Positions 47,667-62,100 of a stretch of 64,000 bases of DNA are shown in pieces. Position 1 is the stretch's first letter. The number at the start of each line of letters is the position of its first letter. A model generated the notes under the pieces. That model saw only the letters and a program-made list of their open reading frames with translations, was not told the DNA's origin and made no database searches. Position numbers and translations under genes: made by a program. The DNA lies in the NCBI GenBank assembly GCA_051362555.1, contig CM120642.1, forward strand, positions 31,186,001-31,250,000, written 5' to 3'. This DNA is from Lingula anatina. Taxonomy: Eukaryota; Animalia; Brachiopoda.

Positions 47667-48628
47667 TGATACACAGATATTGGATCTCCCCAGCTGTGTT
47701 TAGGTGGTTGGCCACAGATTTATTGAGTGAGCTATGGGAACTTGAAAACAAACAATAAGCATGGACAAAAAGAAAAACACTTTATACTCTCCTAGTATGT
47801 GATGGTTTCAAAAAGGATGTTTATTTTTCGACTTGTATGGATTAGACTGAGTTTTTTCTTTAAAGTTTTCCTTGTTTGTGGATCCATTTAAAAAATTGTT
47901 TAAAAATGAATTTGTGAATATGAACATTAAGTTTTTTTTTTTTTTTTTTTGGGGGGGGGGTGTATATTTTTATTATGAAGAAAATTGTGGTTTTAGATGG
48001 GCACACTGACATAAGAAAAGCAATTTTTTCCTACCCCCATATCAAGCATTGGCCCACCCCTTATTAACTTGGCTTTGATGTCTTATCCCATTTCTAATTT
48101 AATGATTTAGTTCTTTATAACTGGCCAGCCATGTACTAGTAGAAGAATTAATGTCATATAAGTAGCTTTGAGGAATATATAGACATAAAAAATGGCTTTG
48201 GGAAATTGTCAGACATGTTCAACGTGCCAATCAAGGTGTCTCCAGGCTGCCTTGTGGTTTGCAAGACAGATAAGAAAAGACAGATTAGGGATTAGCTTCA
48301 GTCTGGTATTGCTGGTTGGTGAAGACGAGAGCATTTGCTTGCTCGTAAAATAATTGCTTCCATTTGATCAAAAGGCATAGAGGTCCAGCAAGTATTTACG
48401 GTAATGGTAAATTGATTGATTGTCAAGATTTTCAAAAGCCAAAATGTATGATAATAACTCGGATCTTCTCAATGGGGAAAATTATAAATTTTTCATGTGC
48501 ATAATTTTGAAATCATTATAGATATATTTCTCAGTCTGTAGCATTTGTGGTTCTTGCACTGTATAGAAGAGGACAATAAGGCAGCCTTCTTTTCAGTGTT
48601 GTGCTACCACTTAATGGGCACGTTCTAA

Positions 48629-50460
48629 TTTTTATGTACAGACACAGATGTGTCTGTACATATAGCCATCATCTGCGTCTGTCGTCGCCGTCGTCGCCGT
48701 GCACTTTTACCGATAACACGATAAGTGGAAAACCATTTTACTTTTTGACTTGAAACTTGCAGAACTGATGAATATTCATAATACGCAGGTCAAGTTCGAA
48801 AATCAGCATGATCGGGTCACTTTTAGGGAATTTATGCTGTTTTTTCACTATTTTCAATATAAATACAACACTGATAACACAATATAAGAAAAACGGATTG
48901 GCCAATTGTAATTATACTCACAGGAGTGGTCAATCTTACTAAAACGCAGGTTGAGTTCGAAAATCAGCATAATCGGGCCATTATTTTAGAAGTTATACTG
49001 TTTTTCACATTTCCTCAGATTCAATTATTAGGCATGTTAACAGTCTCATTTTTAAATTATAAGATGCCTAAAAGTGTTTGTTTGATATTTCCTGCATCTT
49101 TACAACATTGTTAGTTGATTATGTAAAAACATGGTAAACTTGTTATCATGTATTGTGTAATAAAGTGTCAAAAATGGAAATAAACTCATATCATTGCAGT
49201 TTGTCAGATTCAATCATCCACTATGTTCAGAATCTCAGAATGGAGGAAATTGGACATTTAACACTGTTCTATTGATACTTTTCCCATCTCATCAATTTTC
49301 TTAGTTGGTCATATAAAATGGCAGTAAAATGTTTATTTTGTTTTATGTTAAAAAAGTGTTAAAAATGGAAATAAACCCATTTCAGAACAGTGCTGTCTTG
49401 TTTACATTTTGGCATTTTCAAGGCGTGACTTTGAAGTTCCATGGGCCTGAAGACCTTTGCTAGTCACATTTTCTGAATATCTGTGAAACAAATATTTTAT
49501 AATTAAAAATTGATGGTCATTAAGCTGTTAAACATTATGTAATATTGCTTCAAAATTTGAAGAAACCCCTATTTTGGGCACTGCTTCCATGATGACCATT
49601 TAAGGAAAATCATGTCACTTACTGTTCTCAGACTTACAGGAAAGAAACATGGGACTAAAATACAGCTTCAGTAGGCAATGCAGTCTGTTTGGTATTTTTA
49701 TGTACAGACACAGATGTGTCTGTACATATAGCCATCATCTGCGTCTGTCGTCGCCGTCGGTGCCGTCGTCGCCGTCGTCACCGTGCACTTTTACCGATAA
49801 CACGATAAGTGGAAAACCATTTTACCTTTTGACTTGAAACTTGCAGAACTGATGAATATTCATAATACGCAGGTCAAGTTCGAAAATCAGCATGATCGGG
49901 CCACTTTTAGGGAATTTATGCTGTTTTTTCACTTTTTTCAGCATATATGCAGCACCGATAACACGATAAGTGGAAAACCATTTTACCTTTTGACTTGTTA
50001 TTTATTTATTTATTTTTTTTTTTGGCAGTTAAACAGTTTTTTGTGAAAATTTAATTTTTCACATATTGGCATTTTCAAGGTGTGACTTTAAAGTTCCATG
50101 ATCTTGAAGACTTTTGCTTGTCACATTTTCTGAATGTCCATGTTACTAATATTTTATTAATAACATTTGATTGTCATTATGCTGTTAAACATTATGTAAT
50201 GTTGCATCAAAATTTGAAGAAACCCCTATTTTGGGCACTGCTCCTATGATGACCATTTAAGGGAAATCATGTCACTTACTGTTCTCAAACTTACAGGAAA
50301 GAAACATGGGTCTAACATACAGCTTCAATAGGCAACGCAGTCTGTTTGGAAAATTTTTCTGGCAATTTAACAGTTTTTTGTGAAAATTTAATTTTTCACT
50401 TAATTGCATCTTTATTTTCTGTTCTTTGTCTGTACATTTGACAGCTTTGCTGCCTTGTTT
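48629..50460 (+). mobile_element. Helentron-associated (HINE/DINE-1-like) non-autonomous element, head-to-tail partial dimer
   Basis: Seen: two 5' ends (48629, 49695) TTTTTA-TGTACAGACACA-GA-TGTGTCTGTACA followed by (GTCGTCGCC)n; shared internal blocks 49408-49691 = 50066-50349; one 3' end tgtctgtacat + hairpin gacagc-ttt-gctgcc + ttgttt. Knowledge: subTIR + microsatellite + 3' hairpin + T-rich ends is the HINE layout. Confidence 0.7.
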
Positions 50461-50682
50461 AAAAAATCTCTGTAAGAAATACAGTATCTGTAAAATCACA
50501 ATTGTCCTCATTGAAAAGTTCGTATCTTAACAGTATTCTGTCCGAAAGCCTTTTTAAGGGTGATGGTTGAGAAAAAACTTGAATCCAAATGTACAACAAC
50601 ATCGGCAGTTCCAGTCGTCAATTTTCTTGGACTGGAAACCCTCTGTACTATATGACTTGTGACATTTCCCTTTAGACTCAAA

Positions 50683-50969
50683 GGCCGCATTCACATCGAG
50701 AAGAGCAGAGGCTCTACAAAGCCGAGAACTAAATATGGCAGACGTACATGAAAGGAAAACCACCTAATCTTTTTAATAGTCTCTCCGCCTTTCACACGCC
50801 TCGCCACGCGTCGTCCCAATGGAGCCGAGATTTAATGACTGTACCCCTGCAGGGACAACACATGGGGAGCCGTGTGAGAGGCGGAGAGACCATTAAAGGA
50901 TTAGGCGGTTTTCCTTTCATGTATGTCCACCATATTTAGTTCTTGGCTCTTTTCGATGTGAATGCTGCC
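50683..50969. mobile_element. Foldback MITE (Harbinger-like termini GGC.GCATTCACATCGA)
   Basis: Seen: long inverted arms, gccgagaactaaatatgg..gacgtacatgaaaggaaaaccacctaatc..ttaatagtctctccgcctttcacacg versus cgtgtgagaggcggagagaccattaaaggattaggcggttttcctttcatgtatgtccaccatatttagttcttggc. Confidence 0.8.
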
Positions 50970-51123
50970 AGATTATATTACATGGCTAGAGATACACGCT
51001 ACTCAACACCTAGTTGTGAAATCGTCCCCACTTGGAGATACAAAAAGGTGTGTAATAGTATGGTGAGGAGCATTTTCCACCTGATCATCTCCAACAGGGT
51101 TTTTTCATACAGTGGCCTCATCT

Positions 51124-51276
51124 AGAACAGTGGACTAACTAATCCGAGGATCAAATATGGCTGACCCACTTGAATACTTCCTCACAGGGAATCTATTCAG
51201 TGTCTATTAGCGGATTAGACGCGAGCTTTCAGTGGGGTGCCATATTTGACCTGCAGACTAGTAAGTCCACTGTTCT
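51124..51276. mobile_element. Palindromic MITE family B, complete copy
   Basis: Seen: AGAACAGTGGACTAACTA...TAGTAAGTCCACTGTTCT terminal inverted repeat; body shared with 36225 and 24825. Confidence 0.7.
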
Positions 51277-51652
51277 GAATGTGGCCATTGTCAGGTTTTT
51301 AACAGCTAGTAGACATCTGTTAGGGGGCATGTTCTGGTATCCTGTGCATGCAGGTTTTTATTGTGGAACTCATTTATCCATTTCATCATACACTGTCTAT
51401 TTTGCCCCTTTGATTTCAGAATCAGTCTCTGACATACAGGTGATATAGACACTATTGAAAGCTTCCACACCATCACTTGTAATAGAAACTGAAAAGGTTT
51501 TCCTTTCTTGAAACAAACATGTTCTATTTGCCAAAGATGTATTGATTGTGTTGTATCTTGACAAGTTGGCACTTGAGTATATTTGGTTTCATTGAGTTAT
51601 GGCAAAACCTTCACAAAAGATGTTCACCTTTTCCCACAGAAAGGATATGATA

Positions 51653-51656
<4 letters not shown>

Positions 51657-51716
<60 letters not shown>
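51657..51716. repeat. (CT)n microsatellite
   Basis: Seen directly. Confidence 0.95.
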
Positions 51717-51722
<6 letters not shown>

Positions 51723-52946
51723 TAATAGAAATTCAGTGTTTGCAAGTTCTTTCTTAGGAGTGGTGCCCAGTTTTTTTTTTTCATCCAAAAGAATGAATGA
51801 ATGAATGAAGTAATGAATGTGGTGACTATGTCAATCTTCTGCTTTGACTAGCGGGGGAACATGCAGGCCTTGCACCCTTAAAACCATTATTATTAGTACT
51901 TGCACCCTTAAAACCATTATTAGTAGTACTAGTAACTAGTAGAAAAAGATGGCATTTCTGAAACTCTACAGCATTAGACCAAAACATTTTTATTTTATCT
52001 AAAATGCACTGAGTGTCTTTCTTTGGTAAAGGAGGTTTCTTTTGAAAAAAAAACATGATTTTTTTTCTGCATGTCATTTTGTGACATTTGCCCATTACAT
52101 GCCAAATGTTACTTTTGTTTTCCTTCAATTTGGTGAGTGTCTTTGTTTGGTTTAAAAGAGTTCCTTTTGAAAAATCAGCAAGCATCAGATTATTATTAAG
52201 AAAATCCATTTTTACTTGTTTTATGTCTGTATTATTCACCCCCTTTACTGTCATATATCAAAGCAAATTCGCCTACTAAACTACCTTCTTTCCTTGAAAA
52301 AGGCTGACATGTACTGGCTTATATGATCTGGTATTAGGCCCTTCCTGTTTATTATTAATAACCATTACCATGCAGAGAAGAAAGGTGAGAAAGACAAGAT
52401 GAATAGGTTGTCATTTATCCTTTGGTGTTTTTCTCCAGAGAATGAAACGCTGTCAAAGAGAAAATATAGCTAAACCCTTTTGAGTATTAATGATTACTCG
52501 TATCTAATCAAGATTTTGCATGGACATTTCCGCTGGTTTAAAAAAAAAAGCTTATTAACAACAAAATATAATACATGCAGTTGTACAGTCTATTAAATTG
52601 TAACACGTTTTTTTTATTATTATAATTACTATCCCTGCACTTTTGGGACAAACGTAGGGGCCCAGTCCATAGGAATTAATGTTTAGATGCTATTTGTTTG
52701 GATGCCAGATTAACTACACTTTCAAATTGTTAAAATATTGATAATGTCTTTAAGTTTACTTATTTTTGAAGTTGTTTTGAACACTTTCAGAACAAGATCA
52801 GCAATACTTCTCATTGAACAAGATATGTCAAGTTTTTATAATCTGATTAATCATACAGGTTGAATTATATTGATTTTCAAAAAGAATTTTGTCACTTATA
52901 TTTCAGGTCATTATTGGTGTAACTCGATAGGATAACAGTGGGCATC

Positions 52947-55377
52947 ATGTCCACAGTAAAACAGGTGGCGCTGCTACCAGCGGGCAGTCAGCCATGGAAC
53001 AATGACATGTGTGCCGTGAGTGGAAACCGTTTTGCTTACTGCGCAACGCTGGCCATCTACATTTACCAGGTAAAATAGCCTCACATAATTTCATCCATGT
53101 CAAGAGTAATTTAATTATTTTTTGCGTCAAACAAAAAAACCAACACAACAGAAAGGATGTATGGCTACACTTGTGTGTATTGTATAATGTAGAAATAAAG
53201 ATAACTTAAGGTTATGACTATATATTGGGTGGATGAGAAATAGGCATCCTGAACTTTATTAAGTCAGTGACTTCAGTCAACAAAAGTTTGATTTCATGAT
53301 GGTTTTTACTGAATGAACAATGCAAACGTAACTTTAATTTTCACTCTGTCACTTGATGTATGGAATTCATCAGGAAAAAACTTAAATGAAAAAGAAATAT
53401 GCAGTCGTATCAAACTTTATGAATGAAATAAAAGACTACCCAACTTATACAGCAAAGTACTAACTGTCGTCCACTCAGTAGACTTATGTTATTTTAGCAG
53501 TTGCTTGTAATACATTTTCTTTACCTTATTGTTTCAGTGTGATGAACAGTTCAATGAATTCCAGCTGCATTCTATTCTTTCTGAGCACAGTAAAACTATC
53601 ACTGCTATCGCCTGGAACATGAGGGAGATGGACTTGATTGTCAGTGCTGGCGCTGATCATCAGGTGAGTCACTGACCTCCAGGCCGCCATTGTACAAACT
53701 CTTCAAGCAAAAGGCGAAATCTTTAATTAGCTGATTTGAGCATGGGTTAAAGATTTTAGGATTATGCATGCTTAAAGGATTTCCAGTCTTCATTTTGATG
53801 TTTTTTTTTTTCATAAGGTCTAAATGGGATGAGAAATTGCGAGCTAGGTTGTCAAGATTTTCGGTTTTTACAATTTTCACCCACGCTTTAAGCATTTATA
53901 CCATAGGGTTCAAGATCATGCTTAAATAGATCTACTGTCCACATTCCCTCCTCAAAAAGTTCAGCCTTTTTAAAGCTGTATTTTAAGCATTTTTACAGGA
54001 GACTTTCAGATAATGCACTCACACTGATGGATTACATTTACATGACTTAATTACAGCATATCAATCAACTGTTAATATAAAATTGACATTTACAATAAGA
54101 AAGATTGTTTTTTTCTTTCTTTGCTATATGTAGTCTTACATGCATTGCAAAGTTTTTAAGACAGGAGGTTACAAGCCTATAGGTATCACAGAAAACAAGC
54201 CTTGAGGCGAGGATTTTGTGTTTGTAAGCATTTTGTTTTTCTAGGTCATTGTATGGGATGTAGCCAAGCAGACCATTGTTGCAAGACTGGAAAAAATTAA
54301 AGAAGTTCCATGTTCAGTTGGATGGTGTTTGCACGAGAAAGATACAGTGTCCTTTATCTGTGGACGGGGGCCATTTTTGATGTGGAATTATGGGTCTGAC
54401 AAAGCAGCTGGCATAAGTCACCATAGGGAAGCCAACAGTTTCTCATCACCTGTTTGTCAGTTTCGCTGGCACCATAAAAAAATGGGCAAGCTTGTTATAG
54501 GACACAGAGACGGAAGTTTATCATTTTTTTCCCCAGGTAATTAAAAAATAAAAATAAAAAATTTCACTGTCAGGGGTGATCAGTATATTTCAAATTTGAT
54601 TTGATTGTGAAATTTGTTTTGAAATAAAACTTGTCACCTGGGTGAGTGAAGTTATTCTGAATTCAGCCAATTATTTCATTATCCACAGGAAGTAAAGCCC
54701 ACAAACACGTGCTGAGACCAGAGGCAGTTGAAGAGGATGACCTTGAAGAGGACCCCGTGGATGCACTGGAGTGGGACCCGCTGTCCACAGACTATCTGTT
54801 AGCTGTAAACCGAGACTGTGGGATACGGCTGATAGATTCTGCTGGGCTGTCTGTCCTCACGCAGTTTCAGCTGCCCAGTGTGGCAGCAAGGGTGCACACG
54901 CTGGCGTGGGTGGACACGGCTCCAGGAATGTTCCTAACTGGAGGTAGGCTTTAGGGTATATGTAAAATTATCTAATGGTATGTTATATTGTTTTTAAAGA
55001 GAAAAAGCATGGGTGATTTTTAAAAAAATCATAAATTTGAAACTGTTGTAGAAAATTTTTGGCAGAAATATTGAATTGTTTATGTTCATGAAATGTATAG
55101 ATGTTAAGTATTTGACTAAAATTTACCTATTTAAAGAAAGTTACATGCGAAGTGAGCGTACTTTCTCTTTTTTTTTTTTTCTTCTTCTTCTTCTTCTTCT
55201 TCTTTTTCTTCTTCTTCTTATGGATGCTGCAGCTGAGATCTCCCATGTCCCCTCCATACTTCCTTGCCAAACAACAGCATGGCCAGCTCCCTCACATCTG
55301 CTGCCCCCTTGTTCCTCTCTAGTGTATCTGCCTAGCTGGGTCTGGGAAACATGTCCCTTCTCATGGTGCCCATGTAT

Positions 55378-55432
<55 letters not shown>

Positions 55433-56688
55433 TTCTATTTGAAACTATATGGTGACCTTGGGTTGGATTTGAAAAAATGATTTATCATCTCGCTTCATAT
55501 GCCTCATTAAAACTAGAACAAAACATATGGATTTTGTTGGCCTTGACACAGCAATTCTGTAGCCATGAAGTCATATCTTTTTTATAAAGCTGATTAGTTC
55601 TAGGAATTAGAAATCCATGACAGCTGTACTGTTTTGTGGTGTATGTTGTTTGTGCCAGTAGGTGGTATGTGTTTATGTGTAATTATGTGTTAATGTGTAA
55701 TTATGTGTTTATGTGTTTGTAATTATTTATAATTATAGTATAGTGTGCATTGATGTTAAATTTTATGGACACTTTGAAAGAATCCAAGCATTATCATAGA
55801 AAAGCAAAATAAACAAATGAATAAAAATAAATTAAATAAAATGTATAATAATTTATGAATTTGAAAGGAAAAGAAAAAAATTCAAAAGGCCTGTGACAAG
55901 TTTGTGAAAATTTATCAGTTTTTTTTTACAATTTGTTTAATCTTGGGTGTCTGACAAAAATTATAAATTTAAAGAAACTAATATGAAATAGTACATATAC
56001 TCTTTCTATTTAAAATTACATAATTTCAGATGCTAATACTGGTATTCTCCGCCTGTGGAATGTATCCAAGTCCACCCCAATAGAAAACATCAAGCTGAAG
56101 AAGACCGGGTTTCACTCCTTATGTGTCTACTGCAGCTGGCCCCATATCGGTACCAAAGACAACAATTTAAAATCCGCTGGTCCAGCCTCGCCACCAGCTG
56201 GCACCACCAGCACTCACTTCGCTCTCCCGCCTGCACACGCTGTATGCACATTTGTGGACGGTGGTGTGGGACTCTATGACCTGGGGAAGAGAAAATGGGA
56301 TTTTTTAAGAGAACAGGTAATTTATCACAATTACATGAACTGTTCAGAATTTGGTCTAATGTGTCATTTTGATTTTTTGATTGAGCACATTTTATCATGA
56401 CTTTTTTTTCTTTGGTCATTTCATTCAAATTTGCAATTTATTAAAATTTCTTTGGGTGGATTCAAAACCAATACAAACATCACACAGGTACGCTGAAATT
56501 TTACTTCATGCACTCCCTAAATTGGTACAAAAGCTGGGAATGTTTTTAGTTTGTCAAAATGCAGGGTTTAAAGATATGCAGATATGCCCTTCATATTCAT
56601 TATAGCCCTGCATACTTGTGTATATTTACTAAAACAATCTAGTATACACTGCTTCCCTTCTCGTACACACACACACACACATGCACGT

Positions 56689-56734
<46 letters not shown>

Positions 56735-59078
56735 TATATTAAGTCTAAGATATGACAGGTCTGAAAGTAATTTTGTACAAAAAATTATATAAGATGCTGA
56801 ATTTTGAGGTCATTGATGGGGCTTTAAAATGATAAGATGTGGAAAATTTGGTCTAGATCTATAATTCACGCCTAAACTTTGGGTTATAAGTAACTGATGA
56901 GAACCATTATGGGGAAAGTGCAGAAAATACAATTTATTTTCCATACCGCATAGTGGATATTTTGCAGCTGTAAGTAATCACCTTGATATTCAATAGATTA
57001 TCAGTCCGCCGTGTCCAGTCTTCTCTTTGAGTTACCCAGAACTGTAGATACATGTAAACATGTCTCTAACCAAAATGATTGTCATCATGGCCTACATGTT
57101 GAAGATAAATTAACTTAGTTGCATGAGGGATTCCTGTGAACAGGAATTAACAAAACCTACGCATTTATTAAATATCACCTTATTTCTGCTGTTTTTGACG
57201 TGTTAATTAACAGACATCATGCGCATACTGGCTCCAATTTTCACTGAATCATATATGTTTGTTCTAATTAGTTTAGTTTCTGTTACAGCATGGGAACATG
57301 AACAAGAAATTCTTATCCACAATAGAAAGCACACAAACATACGCAGAGCTTATAACAAAATCCAATTTATTAAATAGCACCTTATTTATGTTATTATTGA
57401 CCCGTGTTAATTATATTAACAGGTATCATTGACTCACAGGATCCAATTTTCACCAAATCATACCATCATACTTACATGTACATACTGCTAAATATGCTTG
57501 GTACACAAAATCTACAACAACTTCCACAGGATCTGCACATAGGTCATATAAATTATAAAAGTTTTATCTACATATACATTAATATTAGTATTTTATTTCC
57601 ATTAGCCTATGTTTACATGTGATTTATTTTTATATATTATATTTCCACATAAACCTTGCCAGTCCAGAGGACCTGCATTATCCAAAATTTTGCCAATCCT
57701 CTGGTTTTTCAGATCAGACCTGCAGTTTCCCAATGTCTGCAAAATAGAATATTTTCAGTGGCAATAAAAATAAAAAATAAGCTTGTAACCATAAAATACT
57801 TACTTGATTTTTTTCAATGGACAAAAATTATTTATCTTTGAGATACATAATTTAAGTAATCATAAAAATGCATATAAATGCATTCTTGGTACTCTTACTG
57901 TTTAGAAAAGAACTATAGAGTAGCCTGCTTTTCATTTTTGTTGCTTCCACTCAATAGGAATGTTCACATTTTAAGAATTTGTGACTTAAAAATATACTAT
58001 CTTTAAAATTTGCAATATACCTGTCAAGAAGAATATTGTGTCATTACCATGTTTTTAGCTTAATATTTAACAGATATGTACATAAACCGTGTCTGGGTAG
58101 CATGCACCTGGAGACTAATTTGGACTCTGTTAGATATCTCAACTTGATATTGTCAAGGTAACAGTGCAGCTTAGGTGACAATCAGTTTATTTTTTCATTA
58201 ATAAGTATCTCTACCAAGGAATTTTTCTTCCCTGTGACAGTTACTAATAGATTTCAATAATAAAGATAGGTCAGAAATGGGCCAGCTTAATGGAGTTGCA
58301 TAGATTTTGATGGTGACCTACTATAATGGTGAGAATTGAGCTACCTTGGCGGAGGTTTGCACTCTCAGAGTGGTGAAACTGTCTGACTATTTTGCAATAT
58401 TCTCAAAGTGATATTGAAACTGATAATGTTTTCAGTGTGATTTATTGAGATATGTGTACACAGCTGTGTGTCTTAGAGCTATTTTCAGTATGACTGTTGC
58501 TACATTTAGACTTGGCTATTCATTTTCTTGTTAGCACTTGTGTCTTCATTTCTTGCAACATCTAATTAATTGAAGTGATAAAAAGAAAGATTGTTATTGG
58601 GTACCTGGCTTATTATCAGGCAAGTGAAGAAAATAGCTAAGTTTAAAAGATATGCTATATATTAGGCATTGATTAAGGAGCAGGCTGGCCGCTGAAAAGT
58701 TGTTGAGGTCCTGCCAACTCTGTACAGTAGTTTTGTATTTCCAGGGACATGTTGAAATGATATAAACTGTATAAAGTAGTACATTTTTGTATTTCCAGGG
58801 TCATATTGAGACGATATTTGACTGCAAGTTCAGTCCAGACAGTGCAGATCTCCTAGCTACGTCAAGCTTTGATGGCACAATCAAAATATGGGATGTTCAT
58901 ACTCTCACGCCTGTGAGTTTATTTACCACTCTAGTGGTTTGTTAGTAATGAAAAATGTAAGAAGTATATAAAAATTTTTAAGTGGCATGTTTCTTGAGAG
59001 GGGTTGAAAAATAGACCTTGCCTTTGAAAGTGACCGTAGAGTGGATGTAATTGAATCAGATGTGTGTGCCTGCATGTC

Positions 59079-59143
<65 letters not shown>

Positions 59144-62100
59144 AAGAGAGAAAGAGAGAGAGTTAGAATGAGCAAGGGAAGATAGGGATGAATGAAGAAA
59201 GCAGAAAAAAGTGGATGAAGCATGAAATAAAGCATATAATGTTGAAACAAAACAAAACAAAAATCGTACATATTTTGCCAGGTGGCCTCCTCTCCTGGCA
59301 ACGAGGGAGTAATCTACAACATCTCCTGGGCACCTGCAGACCTCAACTGTATCGCAGCATCCACATCACGGAATGGAGCATTCATCTGGGACGTCCAAAA
59401 GGGGAAAGTTATTAAACGATTTCATGAGGTAAAGGAAAACTTTTATAACTGAGCCATTAGATAACAAACTGTAGTATTTGAAGGTTGTACCATTTTTATT
59501 GTTGTTCATGGAGCAGGGTTACCTTTCCCATTAAATTAGGATTATGTAATTTTCAAAATTATTATGTTCTTTTTTCATAAAGGGCAATATAAAAACACCC
59601 TTTTTAATATTATTTCTCTACATTTCAGTGCAGAGCAAGATGGGATTCTTTTCAATCAGCACTGCTGTTTGAATTAATAATTAAAGAAATAATCAAATAA
59701 TTTGCTTCTAGCATATCAGACTAAATAGCAGGCAAGCGTCACTAAAGATATTACACAGTTATCTAGCCTGAGAAAAGAAATGTTGCAGGTCATTTTTCAC
59801 TAATTGTCATTGATTTGGTAAAGATAAAATTCTTTGACTCATACAAAAAGGATAAAGATATGCTGAAGTGATCCTAGAGTTTATTGTTATTTTCCAGCAT
59901 GGTCGCTACCCAGTCTATACCATAGCATGGTGTCAGAAAGACGCCAAGAGAATCGCTTCAGGAGGAGGCGATGGTTCGTGGTGAGCAAAAGTTTTTTTTT
60001 CCTTTTTATGTGTAAAGAAAATTGTTGAGGAAATTGCTGAGTTGTGCACAAAATGTTATAAAGATTTCATTGAGCTTCACTTTTATGCCAGGAGTTTTTT
60101 TTTATTGCTTTGTGTTCTATCCCTCAGTTGAAGATAAATAGAGTGTAATAGACTATTATATATAGGGACAGGTTTGAAGCAAATTTTTTTTTGATATTAT
60201 TAATTTTGTCAAAGGAAATTATTTTGGATTATTTATACTAAATAAAATGTCCATTGAAACTGGACTGTTAAACCCTACAAAATTAAAAATTGAACACTAC
60301 TTATCTGCATTTGGAAGCCTGCATTTTTAGACGAGTCATCTCAAATTGAAAAATAGAAATTATCAATCTTCATTTTCTCGTGACAACTATTTGTAGACAG
60401 GATATACCTTGGTGATTAAGGGAAAATGTTTAAATGTCCTGCAAAATTCATTTTTTTTACTACATTTAGGTTTCACGCACATTAATTGTTTGTCTTAAGC
60501 TTAAAAAAAAAAGGAAAACCGAGACAGATAAGATTGACTCTCCGACCACTTCTTTTCACTTGAGAAACTTGAAGTTAGACAGTTGCAAACATCGATGACG
60601 TTTCCAGTGGGAGTGAAGTGGCAGTATCTTATGCAACACACACGTCTGCTCTGATGTCATTAATACAAACAAATGAGAGTTGTGAAGTAAATATTGGATC
60701 GCATAGAGAATATTCAAATGCCACCAAGTTTTCATTTACCGTTTTTGTTATCAGTCATTTGTGGTATGTGTACTGCACATTTTGTGTTGTTTTAGTTTCC
60801 CCCAGTTGGCTGTTCTTGAAATAAATTTATTGATTTCCAAAAATTTTCAGTTTTTCATAATTTTGTTCCGTAATTTTTTATCAAATCTTTGCAATATAGC
60901 TGCATTATTATAGATATTTTTAGAGGTAGCCAACTTAATAACCTTGCTATTACATAAGAGAATCCTTTATAAGGTGTTTTTCCCATGACACAGTCAGTAA
61001 ATTAATTCTGCAGGATGCAAACCTACAGAGATATCTTGAAAGTGAGGTAAATCCCCTGCAGAGTAATTACACCCACTCCAAACACCAGTACAGCTATACT
61101 GCTAAGATACACAATGCTCTACATGCATAATCAGGCCCCTAGCCAGCAATTTCTAAAGGGGGGTTCTTTTTCTGAAAAAGTAGACCTTTTACCATGAAAC
61201 CTTCATGTACCTAGATACAATTTTACCCAGAAGAGACCTTTCCCAGGCAAAAAGGGGGGTTGTTTCAACCCCCCCCCCCCAAGCTATGGGCCTGATTATT
61301 ATACTATATACTGAATCAAGTTAATAACACAGCTGAACATTGTTTTACAGTGTGATTCGTCAGGTTGATGGGAAGTTGATCATGAAGTACAGGCATCCAG
61401 CTCCAGTGTTTGGTTGCGACTGGAGCCCACATAACAAGTAATATATAATATTATTTTGTACTCTTATATTTTTACTTCCTTAGTTTTAGTAAAATATTGA
61501 GTAAATAAAAGGGCAATTCTTTAAAAAGTGGTTAGCTTAAGTCTACCACAGGTGAGAATATTGATATCAAGGGAGTATATTCTAATTTTGATTATCTTGT
61601 ATTTCATCTTTGTACCCTAGTACTTGTTATTGCTTTAAAAGTATATGTATGATTTTATACAGGGTTGATGGATAACCAATATTGTGCAACAAATGATAAG
61701 CCTACTGTGTTTATTCTGTCAGTAACATTTATTTCATATTATATTTTTATCATGATTATCATAAAACCACACAATGATGGCTTCACTTTTGAAAGTTTCA
61801 CCAAATTGCTAATGTAATACATGATAATTTTCTTGTTCTCAAAAGTCTGTCAAGTGAATTAAGGGTTTTTGCAGTGAACACTTCACAACCTCAAGGTATT
61901 ATTTTAGGGATATGCTGGCCACAGGCTGTGAAGATAAATGTGTCCGGGTTTATTATTTGGCAACGACAGCAGATCAGCCACTCAAGATATTTAGTGGTCA
62001 GTGGGAATATTATTTATAATTAGTAAAGCAGTTTAAAAAAAAAAAGAATTTAAAGTCAGTTCTTATCCCATATACCAGCAGCAATACAAATTTTAAATGA

